Part shown: one piece after another, positions 19,742-29,200 of the stretch
Numbering within the stretch: the stretch's first letter is position 1
Layout of the letters: every line of letters starts with the position of its first letter
Assembly (NCBI GenBank): GCA_018394315.1
Contig: CP074575.1
Location: 1,210,615-1,274,614, forward strand
Length of the DNA stretch: 64,000 nt
Source: Mycoplasmatota bacterium
GTDB taxonomy: Bacteria > Bacillota_I > Bacilli_A > MAG-NZ
Direction of reading: 5' to 3'
Translations under genes and position numbers: made by a program
Notes under the pieces: model-generated
What the model was told of the DNA's origin: nothing
Database searches by the model: none
What the model saw: the letters and a program-made list of their open reading frames with translations, nothing else

Positions 19742-21121
19742 ATGGATTATAAAAATGTAATAAAACAATATGAAAGTGAAATGATTGAAGGACTTCAAGA
19801 GTTAGTAAGAATAAAAAGTGTAGAAGACATAGCTACAGCCACAAAAGAAATGCCTTATGGTGTTGGTCCATACAAATGTTTAGAGTATACACTTAACCTA
19901 TGTGAAAGTTTAGGAATGAAAACTGTAAATTTAGATGGACATGTAGGATGGGCTGAAGTGGGTTCTGGAGAAGAAATGATTGCTGTTTTAACTCATTTAG
20001 ATGTTGTACCTGAGGGTGATGTGAAAACATGGAGTGTTCCTCCATATGATGCAATTATAAAAGATGGAAAAATGATAGGAAGAGGAACAAGTGACAATAA
20101 ATCACCTGCTATTGCCTCAATATATGCTCTTAAATCTATGATGGATATGAATGTAAAATTTAATAAGAGAATTAGATTAATATTTGGTACTAATGAAGAG
20201 ACAGGTTTTGGATGTATGAAGCATTACGTCAAACGTGCTGAATTACCTACTGTTGGATTTACTCCTGATGCAAGTTTTCCGATTATTCATGGAGAAAAAG
20301 GAATTCTACAATTAGAATTCAAATCAAGATTGGATTTAGGTGATTTAAATGTTAAATCTTTTGAAGGAGGAGTAGCAACGAATTCTGTTCCTGATAAGTG
20401 TGAGATTGTAATTCAAGGAAAATTTAACTCTTTTGTTGATAAAGTAAAAGAAATTATTGATACTCATAATTTTGATGCAATTATAGAAGTCAGTGATGTT
20501 TGTAAAATCATAACTTTTGGTGAATCATCTCATGGTAGTACTCCAGAAGAAGGAGTAAATGCAATTTCTAAAATGTTTAAGTTATTCGCTGAGTGCGAAA
20601 TAAGTTCTAACTTGGTAAATGATTATAATAGTAAGATAGCTGAATGTACAAATGGTGAGTTAATGGGAAGTGACTTAAGTGACGAGTTTGGAAGTCTAAC
20701 AATGAATGTAGGAACACTTGAATTAGTCGATCAAGAAATTGTGTTCGGAATTGATGTAAGGTATCCAATTAGCAAAAGTTTAGAACAAGTAATTGAGAAA
20801 ATAAAAGAGGGGTTAAGCCGAAGTGTTATCTCAGTAGATGAAAAATTTCATAAAGAACCCATATATTATGAAAAAACAGATCAGTTAGTTACGAAGTTAT
20901 TAAATGCATATAGAGAGGTAACAAATGATTATGAAAGTGAGCCTTTTACTATAGGTGGTGGATCTTATGCTAGAGCAATGCCAAATTTAATTGCCTTTGG
21001 CGCTTGTTTCATAGAAGATGGATTTTGCGCTCATCAGCCAAATGAATTTATCTATATAAAAAGATTAGTCGAGCAAGCGGAGATTTATTGTAATGCGCTA
21101 GAAAATTTACTTGAAGGTTAA
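19742..21121 (+). CDS. pepV: M20 dipeptidase PepV/Sapep family
   Basis: HLDVVP, GRGTSDNK, GTNEE, HGEKG, GGGSYAR, AHQPNE. Confidence 0.9.
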   Translation: MDYKNVIKQYESEMIEGLQELVRIKSVEDIATATKEMPYGVGPYKCLEYTLNLCESLGMKTVNLDGHVGWAEVGSGEEMIAVLTHLDVVPEGDVKTWSVPPYDAIIKDGKMIGRGTSDNKSPAIASIYALKSMMDMNVKFNKRIRLIFGTNEETGFGCMKHYVKRAELPTVGFTPDASFPIIHGEKGILQLEFKSRLDLGDLNVKSFEGGVATNSVPDKCEIVIQGKFNSFVDKVKEIIDTHNFDAIIEVSDVCKIITFGESSHGSTPEEGVNAISKMFKLFAECEISSNLVNDYNSKIAECTNGELMGSDLSDEFGSLTMNVGTLELVDQEIVFGIDVRYPISKSLEQVIEKIKEGLSRSVISVDEKFHKEPIYYEKTDQLVTKLLNAYREVTNDYESEPFTIGGGSYARAMPNLIAFGACFIEDGFCAHQPNEFIYIKRLVEQAEIYCNALENLLEG

Positions 21122-21211
21122 AATCCATTTAATTGGATTTTTTCTATAAATAGCAACTCAGGATATAAATTACATATTTATTTTTGTTAGTATTCAATAT
21201 GGGAGGGCATT

Positions 21212-22090
21212 ATGGACTGGAAGTTGAACGTACAAGAGATTTTAGATTGGATAGAGAATAATCTAGAGAATAATATTACTCTCAGTAAAGTAGCTGATTA
21301 CATCGGTTATTCAGAATTTCATACTACAAGGAAATTTCGGAAGTTAACAGGTGATACGTTAAGAAGATATTTACAACTTAGAAGACTAAGTAATGCAGCT
21401 ATAGAGTTAAGAGATAGTGATCGAAGGATAATAGAGATAGCTATAAAATACGATTTTTCATCGCAAGAATCGTTCACAAGATCTTTTAAAGAAGTTTTCG
21501 GAATTACGCCTAGCAAGTATAGAAAACTGGTTGTTCCGCTTAATTTAACGCTCAAAAAGAATGTTCATATCCCAAAATATACTAAAGGAGAGATAATTAT
21601 GGATTTTAAAAATCAAGTTGAGGTAAAAAAAGTTACGTTAGAAGAGCATAAGTTTGTTTTCTTGAGAAGATTGGGAGTAGATAATTACATGGACTTTTGG
21701 AGATTAGTAAAGGGTGAAGGTATTGATTGTGATGAAATTCATGGATACTTAGCTAGTCTTCCTGGGATTTATAAAGAACCATTTGGAGCACTTTATACAG
21801 AAGATGGAAAAAAGGGATATATGTTTGGAATTGCTGTTCCAAAGTCGTTTTCCTGTGATTTACGCTATGAACTTCAGGTATTAGAAATTCCAACCAGTGA
21901 TTATTTGATATTTGAGCATCCTAAATTCTTAGATGAAGACTTTGCTAATGCTTTAGTTAAAACAAGGAAGTTAGCACTGGAGTATGATATGAGAGAGTTA
22001 GATTTAGAGTGGAATAATGATTTTGTTGAATATTATGAACACAGCGGATTAACAGATAATTTCTATTTCATAAGAAAAGTACTAGACTAA
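21212..22090 (+). CDS. AraC-family regulator with C-terminal effector (GyrI-like) domain
   Basis: N-terminal double HTH (IAIKYDFSSQESFTRSFKEVFGITPSKYR). Confidence 0.88.
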   Translation: MDWKLNVQEILDWIENNLENNITLSKVADYIGYSEFHTTRKFRKLTGDTLRRYLQLRRLSNAAIELRDSDRRIIEIAIKYDFSSQESFTRSFKEVFGITPSKYRKLVVPLNLTLKKNVHIPKYTKGEIIMDFKNQVEVKKVTLEEHKFVFLRRLGVDNYMDFWRLVKGEGIDCDEIHGYLASLPGIYKEPFGALYTEDGKKGYMFGIAVPKSFSCDLRYELQVLEIPTSDYLIFEHPKFLDEDFANALVKTRKLALEYDMRELDLEWNNDFVEYYEHSGLTDNFYFIRKVLD

Positions 22091-22113
22091 AAAAGCCATT
22101 TTGGCTTTTTTAT

Positions 22114-22692
22114 CTATTTAGTCGTTTTGGAGATGGGTTTTGCAGTAAAATAAGATAACGTATCACCATCGACTTCACCATATTTGAAAAATATTAATAA
22201 CTCTTCAGTGAAACTAAGAAGATAAACTGTGATGACGATTCGAATTAATAATGTAGTATCAATTACTACTGAAAGTATGACAAGTACAAATACTAATAAT
22301 CCGCATATTTTTGCTAATAGTGTATGTAATAACAATAACTTCTTAAACTTAATGAATGAAGTTATAATTACAATACCAAAGACCCCTAATGTAAAATACA
22401 AATAATGTAAATTAGGTGTAAGGTAAGTGGGTGCAAGTATATACAAAAAGTATGCAGATGATACAAAAAATAGAATATCTGCATATGTATCTAGATACAT
22501 ACCTAATTCGGTTTGCGTATTGTATTTTCTAGCGATTTTTCCATCAAAAAAGTCAGTTAGTCCTAGAGTGACATAACCGATTATGAATGCTATCCTTTGA
22601 TCATTGTATAAAAATATAAATAGTAGTGGTAAAAAAACTGCTCTTGAAACAGATAAGATATTTGGAATGGTAATATATTCTCTTTTTTTCAT
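22114..22692 (-). CDS. CDP-alcohol phosphatidyltransferase
   Basis: TIPNILSVSR and DFFDGKIAR...G..LDTYAD motif. Confidence 0.9.
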   Translation of the reverse strand: MKKREYITIPNILSVSRAVFLPLLFIFLYNDQRIAFIIGYVTLGLTDFFDGKIARKYNTQTELGMYLDTYADILFFVSSAYFLYILAPTYLTPNLHYLYFTLGVFGIVIITSFIKFKKLLLLHTLLAKICGLLVFVLVILSVVIDTTLLIRIVITVYLLSFTEELLIFFKYGEVDGDTLSYFTAKPISKTTK

Positions 22693-22818
22693 ATGCTTCT
22701 CCTCTTTTCATCTACTGTGATTACATTATAACTAGAAATCTAAAATTGTCACTATCTGTCTAATTGCATTATCATGATTAGCTAAATTAAAATGGCTATT
22801 GATTAAGCCATTTAATAT

Positions 22819-23394
22819 TTAAGTTTCGTATTCGACATCAACTGTAACTTGTAAATTGATTTCTTGTGGTACTAATTGTATTTCACTATACGCACGTAAT
22901 GGAGTAGGATAGTGGTTATCTCGTAATGAGGCTTCTTTTACTCCTTTGATTTCTTGATTACTGGATTTAGCTAATATATTTGCTTTTACTAGTGCACCAT
23001 TATATGCTGAATCTATTAGAGCATTACGTAAAGTAGCAATATTACTGTTTGTAAATGAAAATGTAAAACTAGCACCACTTTCAGAAGAATTCAGTAGTTC
23101 AATTAACTCAAGTGTGTTGTTTTCATTATAATCTGAATCAAGCTGAATAAGAGCATTACCTCTATACTCTAAGAACTCATTGTTTTTGTCGTATACTTTT
23201 CTAAGTGTATAACTTGCTACTCTTACTTCATGCTCAAAGGATAATTTGCTTAAATCATTAAGTAGAATATCGATTTTTGTGTTTAGATTTGTAAGAGCTT
23301 CTTGATAATCAGTACTAGAGGAAGTAATATTGAATGCCACACTCATTTCGTTAACGGGAACACTTGATTTTTCAGTGTTGGATACTTTTATCAT
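22819..23394 (-). CDS. SIMPL/DUF541-domain protein
   Basis: Overall SIMPL pattern (...LIDSAYNGALVKANILAKS...PQEINLQVTVDVEY). Confidence 0.7.
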   Translation of the reverse strand: MIKVSNTEKSSVPVNEMSVAFNITSSSTDYQEALTNLNTKIDILLNDLSKLSFEHEVRVASYTLRKVYDKNNEFLEYRGNALIQLDSDYNENNTLELIELLNSSESGASFTFSFTNSNIATLRNALIDSAYNGALVKANILAKSSNQEIKGVKEASLRDNHYPTPLRAYSEIQLVPQEINLQVTVDVEYET

Positions 23395-23416
23395 TTTATC
23401 ACCACTATATATATAT

Positions 23417-23519
23417 GCGTTCTCAGCCCTTAGTGATTTCCTGTTAAGGTTACCTTTCCTAAGACTCTCTTTTGCAGGTATGGGAAACTCATCAACAATC
23501 TTAAGATGAACGGAACGTG
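23417..23519. ncRNA. Unassigned structured RNA candidate
   Basis: 103 nt at ~43% GC in an AT-rich intergenic gap, with nested complementary segments forming a long interrupted hairpin. Confidence 0.4.
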
Positions 23520-23548
23520 ATCAATTAAGAATTAAAGAGATTTAATAT

Positions 23549-23968
23549 TTACAAACAATTTGAAGGATATTTTTGGTTATTAAAATAAGAAAAGGGTAGT
23601 AATGCTAGCAATATAAATAATATAAACAGTAATGGGAAATCATTGCTCTTTTTTATTTTGGTATGCACCTCGTGATTTATTATTAAACCTATACTTCCAC
23701 AACATGCTTTATCACGTGAACTTTTTCCTTTTGGTGTAATTTCAACGCTCTTTAAAAGAGAACAAGTTTTCGAATACGACTCCCCTGGACTTAGTGTTTT
23801 TATGGGTTCCTTACTCCCGTTTACACTTATATCGATTTTACACGGACCATCTGAATAGTGAACTATCATTGTTCCAGAAGACTCAGTAATTGACTTGTCA
23901 CAAGACCAAAATGTTTGTTTTTTTGATTCTTTAACCTTGAAATCAAATTTCAACTCATGTTTCCTCAT
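23549..23968 (-). CDS. Ena/DUF3992-like endospore appendage subunit with C-terminal hydrophobic tail
   Basis: TFW...SGTMIVHYSDG...VNG...PGESYSKT...CCGSIGLIINH core, then FPLLFILFILLALLPF; RBS GGAGG, ATG 23968. Confidence 0.6.
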   Translation of the reverse strand: MRKHELKFDFKVKESKKQTFWSCDKSITESSGTMIVHYSDGPCKIDISVNGSKEPIKTLSPGESYSKTCSLLKSVEITPKGKSSRDKACCGSIGLIINHEVHTKIKKSNDFPLLFILFILLALLPFSYFNNQKYPSNCL

Positions 23969-23999
23969 ATTGCCCTCCACAAAGCACGTATGTCAAAAA

Positions 24000-24371
24000 T
24001 TATGTATAGTTTAAACTGATACATACAGTACCACAACATCTACCTTTTGAATCACACCCATGAGGGAATTTGCATCTAACACCAACCCTTTTAAGTGTAT
24101 TCAAAGTTATAGCATGAGTTTGCCCTCTTATTATTTTTAAATCTGCAGGATCACGTGGGTCTGAATTATCGTTTAAATATACCTCTAATTCTTTATTACA
24201 TCCATCTTTGTATGTGATTATCAGTGTACCATTAGGATTGCATAAGTTTGGGTCTGCCTCCCAGAGTGTTTCTATCGGTGCTCCCGGTACTGAATCTCTA
24301 CGGTTTTTACAACTTAGAACAAAACCGAATTTGAATTCTTCATGTTTAGGTTTGCAGTAACATGTCAACAT
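24000..24371 (-). CDS. Ena/DUF3992-like endospore appendage subunit, Cys-rich
   Basis: N-terminal CYC; TLWEAD...GTLIITYKDGC...RGQTHAITLNTLKRVGVRC...CCGTVCISLNYT; RBS GGAGGTG, ATG 24371. Confidence 0.68.
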   Translation of the reverse strand: MLTCYCKPKHEEFKFGFVLSCKNRRDSVPGAPIETLWEADPNLCNPNGTLIITYKDGCNKELEVYLNDNSDPRDPADLKIIRGQTHAITLNTLKRVGVRCKFPHGCDSKGRCCGTVCISLNYT

Positions 24372-24700
24372 CAACTTCACCTCCTATAAATAAAACATAA
24401 ATTTGATTTATTATTAGATAATTAAGTAATAAACTACTATGGTTTCAAATGCATTCATTCTATTATTACTCAACAAACTAGAACAAGGTAGTGCTTTTAT
24501 CACGGTTTCTTTAAAAAAAATTGCTTGTAATTATATGTGCATTTATCTATTAAAAGATTATGTTTTGTACTTAAACTAATTTCACCAATAAAAATGGCTT
24601 GTTAATTGTTTATTTTATGTAAGAGTAACACATCAACCAAACATACACTTCCTTATGCTATAATTATTAATAAGTAAAGTTATAGATAGAGGGTGATGGA

Positions 24701-25219
24701 GTGAAGGAATATGCAATAGAGAAACTCGTATGTGAGCTATCTACTGGCAATTTAGATGTATTTGATCAAATTTATTATGAAACAAAGGACTTAGTCTATT
24801 ATGTTATTTTTAATATCCTGAGAAATGATTTAAAAGCTGAGGAACTAATGCAAGAAGTGTATCTTAATATGCTTAGAAAAGTTAGTAATTATAAAAAGAA
24901 GAACTTTTCTGCGTGGATAGCTACAATGGCAAGAAATATGGCAATCAATACATATAATAAAGAAAAAAGAATTAGTTATATGGATTCACAGGAAATGGAA
25001 TTTGTTTTTAAATCAGACTCAAATAGTGATGAAGAATATCTTTTAAATGATATGAGAAGAATTTTAAACGAAACTGAATTTGAAGTGGTGTTGATGCATG
25101 TTATTGGGAATATTACTCATCAAAAGATTTCTGATGGTTTGGGAAAGCCAATAGGAACTGTTTTGTGGATATATAATAAAGCAATGAAAAAGCTTAGAGC
25201 TGGTTTGGAGGTGAAGTAG
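24701..25219 (+). CDS. ECF RNA polymerase sigma factor
   Basis: Region 2 AEELMQEVY...FSAWIATMARN; region 4 THQKISDGLGKPIGTV. Confidence 0.9.
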   Translation: MKEYAIEKLVCELSTGNLDVFDQIYYETKDLVYYVIFNILRNDLKAEELMQEVYLNMLRKVSNYKKKNFSAWIATMARNMAINTYNKEKRISYMDSQEMEFVFKSDSNSDEEYLLNDMRRILNETEFEVVLMHVIGNITHQKISDGLGKPIGTVLWIYNKAMKKLRAGLEVK

Positions 25220-25981
25220 ATGAGTGATAATGATTTGAAAAAATATTTACAGGCAAAAATAAAAATGACAGTACCAAATAAAATTGAGGATATAAAATCA
25301 TCTCCAGAATTTTATGTTAAGAGATCTAGCGTAACATTCAAAAACAGATTTAGATATTCATTTGCTTCTATATTAATATTGATAATTGCTACACTATCAA
25401 TTGTTTTTAAAACTGATGATATTTCTACAATTGTAAGTTTGGACATTAATCCTTCAATTATGATTATGCTAAATGCAAAAGAGGAAGTTGTTAACTTAAA
25501 AGGCAATAATTCTGATGGAGAAGAATTGATAAATGATTTGAATTATAATAAGTTAAATGTTGAAGAAGTTGTTGAAGTGATTATGACTAGAGCTTTAGAG
25601 CAAGATTATATTTTGGATGAGGACATTATTTTATTAGGTATTGAAAGTGATGATGAGGAACTTAAAAACTCTTTGGCGACCAAATTAAATGAAAAAATTA
25701 AAAACAAAATGATGACCAAAAATAAAAATGTTGATGTAATAATTGAAAAGTTTGCTAGCAAAGGTAATTCCGATGAATTAAAAGTTTCAAATGCCAAAGA
25801 TAAAATCATCATGGAGTTAATTGAAAATAGTAATTATACTATAGAAGATTATCAAGTTCTAAGTCAAATGAAGATAAAAGACTTAAATAGCATGATGAAA
25901 GAAAACGAAGCAGATGAAAAGGTTGAACAAAAGAACGGTAATAATGGTAATTCCAATAAGTCTAATAAGCCTAACAATTAA
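25220..25981 (+). CDS. RsgI-like anti-sigma factor (TM plus DINPS extracytoplasmic domain)
   Basis: Single TM, then VSLDINPSIMIMLNAKEEVV...NNSDG; directly abuts the sigma gene. Confidence 0.8.
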   Translation: MSDNDLKKYLQAKIKMTVPNKIEDIKSSPEFYVKRSSVTFKNRFRYSFASILILIIATLSIVFKTDDISTIVSLDINPSIMIMLNAKEEVVNLKGNNSDGEELINDLNYNKLNVEEVVEVIMTRALEQDYILDEDIILLGIESDDEELKNSLATKLNEKIKNKMMTKNKNVDVIIEKFASKGNSDELKVSNAKDKIIMELIENSNYTIEDYQVLSQMKIKDLNSMMKENEADEKVEQKNGNNGNSNKSNKPNN

Positions 25982-26117
25982 TTATACTTAAGTCCTCTAT
26001 TATGAGGATTTTTTCTTTGAAAAAGTTGTTGTGTAGATCTAATAGGAACCAATCCTTAATGAATAACATATATAAATATAGGCATATAACTTTTTAAAAA
26101 AAGAATCGAGGTGTAAT

Positions 26118-27410
26118 ATGCAAATTTATGTAGTTCAAAAAGGTGACACGCTAACAAATATTTCTAAGTTATTTGGGGTACCTGTGGATTTAATAGTCAG
26201 TCAAAATAAAATTACAGAACCAAACAACTTGTTAGAAGGCCAAACAATAATTATACCTGTAGAAGGAATGTATCATTTTGTACAGCAAGGTGAAGACTTA
26301 ACTGGGATAAGTAATTTATACGGTATTCCATTATTTGAAATAATATCAGTAAATAAATTGTCTAACTTTGGTCCGTTGCCAGTTGGATTTCCACTTTATA
26401 TCCCTAGAAAAAGTAAAACTGTCATTGAGACCAGTGCGTATGATGATATAGGTCTCACGAAAGATAATTCTCCTAAGATAATATCTGAAATAGGGAATGC
26501 TCTAACAACTCTTCCTGTCTTCAGTTATCAAGTTAATAGAGATGGATCTTTAACCCTACTAGATGATAATCCTACATTAAATGCAGCTTTTAATAATGGA
26601 GTAGCTCCTGTTTTGGTGATAACAAATATTGAAGATGGTCAATTTAGTCAAGAGCTAGCTACTATCATACTAAACGATGAGACTCTACAGGAGAAGGTAT
26701 TAGAAGAAGCTATTAAGATAATTGAAGAGAAGGGATACTTTGGGTTGGATGTAGATTTCGAGTATTTGGGAGCAGAAAACAAAGAAGCATACGTAAAGTT
26801 TCTTGCGAAAGCTAAAGAGATGTTAAACAATAAGAACCCAAATTATAAACTATCCGTAGCTTTACCTCCTAAAACGTCTGAGGAGCAAAAAGGAACATTG
26901 TATGAAGGACACGATTATGAAGCGATTGGTAAGATTGTAGATCAAGTTTTAATGATGACTTATGAGTGGGGATGGAGTGGAGGTCCACCAATGGCAGTTT
27001 CACCCCTTAATAAAGTTAAAGAAGTAATGGAGTATGCTCTTACAAAGATTCCTAGAAATAAGATTTTGATGGGGGTACCATTATATGGATATGATTGGAC
27101 TCTACCTTATCAAAAAGGCGGTAAGTGGGCAAAAGCAATTGATCAAGTTGAAGCTTATGATATTGCGAATAGGTATGGTGCAGTTATAGAGTATGACGAT
27201 TTAGCTCAGTCACCATTCTTTAACTATGTTGATGAAGAGGGGAATGAACATGAGGTATGGTTTGAGGATGCAAGAAGTTATCAAGCAAAGTTCGATTATG
27301 TTAAAGAATTAGGAATTAGTGGACTTTATAATTGGGTCTTAGGATTTGATTCACCGCAAAATTGGCTGTTAATTGAAGATAATTTTATTCCAGTTAAACT
27401 CTTTAGATAA
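26118..27410 (+). CDS. yaaH: Spore cortex-lytic LysM-GH18 protein (SleL/YaaH/YdhD family)
   Basis: Two LysM domains, GLDVDFEY, HDY, MTYEWGWSGGPPMAVSP, GVPLYGYDW, HEVWFEDARS. Confidence 0.88.
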   Translation: MQIYVVQKGDTLTNISKLFGVPVDLIVSQNKITEPNNLLEGQTIIIPVEGMYHFVQQGEDLTGISNLYGIPLFEIISVNKLSNFGPLPVGFPLYIPRKSKTVIETSAYDDIGLTKDNSPKIISEIGNALTTLPVFSYQVNRDGSLTLLDDNPTLNAAFNNGVAPVLVITNIEDGQFSQELATIILNDETLQEKVLEEAIKIIEEKGYFGLDVDFEYLGAENKEAYVKFLAKAKEMLNNKNPNYKLSVALPPKTSEEQKGTLYEGHDYEAIGKIVDQVLMMTYEWGWSGGPPMAVSPLNKVKEVMEYALTKIPRNKILMGVPLYGYDWTLPYQKGGKWAKAIDQVEAYDIANRYGAVIEYDDLAQSPFFNYVDEEGNEHEVWFEDARSYQAKFDYVKELGISGLYNWVLGFDSPQNWLLIEDNFIPVKLFR

Positions 27411-27787
27411 AACACGTATAAAGCGTGTTTTTTAATTTGTAAAGTAAGATAATAATTAAGGAATATATAGATTGGCATTCAAAACTTATTATAGTTTATA
27501 GTAAAATGCTTTCATTTTATTACTATTTATTATAGAGTATGGTAGAATACCGGCAGTTCAAATAATCATCCTGGACTTGTATTTGATGTATCGATATATA
27601 ACTAGAAAGAGTAACTTAAAGTTGAAATAGGACATATATTGCTGAATATCCTCGCTTAATTGTTTTTTTGGCAGAATGGAGCAAAATAATCACTAAAAAT
27701 TGTAAATTTCCTTTTAAAGAGTTAAATTTCTATGTTATAATAAATTGCTATACTTAATATTCTATAACTCAAGGGGGTTTTTATAGT

Positions 27788-28156
27788 ATGAAAAAGTTTT
27801 TGTTGGCATTTATGGTAACGGCTGTTGTCGTATTGGCATTGCCTACAGTAGAAGCGAAAATAGGAGAAGTACTTACCACAGAAGAAAGAGAGGACTACAA
27901 AGAGGCTAAAGAAATTTCTAAAGAAGCAAATCTTGAAATTAAAAATTTGGTTATTGAAGCGAAAGAATTGGCCGAAGAGTATCCTGAATATACAGAAGAT
28001 ATCATACAAAATTTAGTTGTTGTAACAAACGAAATTGCATACTCAGCGATAGAAGCAATTAAAGAATTGGGATTTGTCGCAGTTTGTGAATACAAAACTT
28101 ATATTATCGGTGGACAAGAGGTTGAAATTGATCCACTACGTGTTTATGGATGGTAG
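27788..28156 (+). CDS. Hypothetical secreted protein
   Basis: Signal peptide MKKFLLAFMVTAVVVLALPTVEA; acidic helical body; C-terminal EVEIDPLRV. Confidence 0.75.
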   Translation: MKKFLLAFMVTAVVVLALPTVEAKIGEVLTTEEREDYKEAKEISKEANLEIKNLVIEAKELAEEYPEYTEDIIQNLVVVTNEIAYSAIEAIKELGFVAVCEYKTYIIGGQEVEIDPLRVYGW

Positions 28157-28171
28157 GATTTATCTAGCTTC

Positions 28172-29089
28172 ATGAGAAAAAACGGACTATTCATTATTGA
28201 GAATGGGTCTTATAAGGATAAATTTACCTTAACATCAAATGAATTAAAATTGCTAGCATCTGCTGATGGGGTTGAAATTATGACTCAATCTATCAGCGAA
28301 GGAGTAATTTTCGATGTTTGCCCATCCGATGATAACGCGACAACTATGATGGAATTCTTCTATGTGTTAGAAGGAGAATTAGAGTATATTCGAAGTGATA
28401 ATGAAAAAATTAAGTTAGGTGTTGGAGATTGTTTTTATGCGCATATCTTACAAGAAGTGTGTATATTCAATCCACTAACTGATATAAAAATACTTTATAT
28501 TGCGACTCAACCTATTTTTCATGAACTTGGTGAGTCAATGAGAGAATTGCATAAACTAAATTACGAATTACAATTTAAAGATCAGTATACAAAAAGTCAT
28601 AGTGAAAGAGTTAGAGAGTTATCTTTGAGTCTTGCAATAGAAATGGGACTTAATCGTGACATTATTGCTGGTGTTGCTCTTGCTGCATTATTCCATGATG
28701 TTGGTAAGATAGAGATACCGAGTCAGATTTTGAAGAAAACCGGTAAACTAGATGAAGATGAGTTTGAAATTATTAAGCGACATTCAGTTACTAGCTCAGA
28801 TTTGGTAAGAAATATCAAGTATAAGGATATATCTCAAATAGTCGCTGAACATCATGAGCGTTTTGATGGTTCTGGATATCCTAAGGGAATTGCTGGAAAG
28901 AATATTTGTATTGAAGCTAGGATAATAGCTGTTGCAGATACATATGATGCTATGATGACTGATCGACCTTACCGAACGAAAATAGAAAAATCTAAAGTTA
29001 TTTCGGAAATTAATGAATTGTCTGGAACAAAGTATGATCCGCAAGTTGTGGAAGCATTTAACAGATTGTTAATTAGAAACAAAATATAA
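28172..29089 (+). CDS. Cupin plus HD-GYP cyclic dinucleotide phosphodiesterase
   Basis: EFFYVLEG cupin; HSERV, HDVGK, HHERFDGSGYP, ADTYDAM, RPYR. Confidence 0.9.
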   Translation: MRKNGLFIIENGSYKDKFTLTSNELKLLASADGVEIMTQSISEGVIFDVCPSDDNATTMMEFFYVLEGELEYIRSDNEKIKLGVGDCFYAHILQEVCIFNPLTDIKILYIATQPIFHELGESMRELHKLNYELQFKDQYTKSHSERVRELSLSLAIEMGLNRDIIAGVALAALFHDVGKIEIPSQILKKTGKLDEDEFEIIKRHSVTSSDLVRNIKYKDISQIVAEHHERFDGSGYPKGIAGKNICIEARIIAVADTYDAMMTDRPYRTKIEKSKVISEINELSGTKYDPQVVEAFNRLLIRNKI

Positions 29090-29200
29090 CCTAAAAAGAA
29101 CCTATAATATGTTAGGTTCTTTTTCAGTATAGAAAAAAATATTTTTAGATTTAGAATCTATTTACATTAAGAGTAAGTTTAACTATGTTATAATTTATAT

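Noticed and set aside
27430..27720. Long intergenic stretch as a riboswitch or small gene
   Set aside because: No recognisable aptamer, convincing stem or RBS-led ORF; possibly a decayed fragment, but this cannot be supported.
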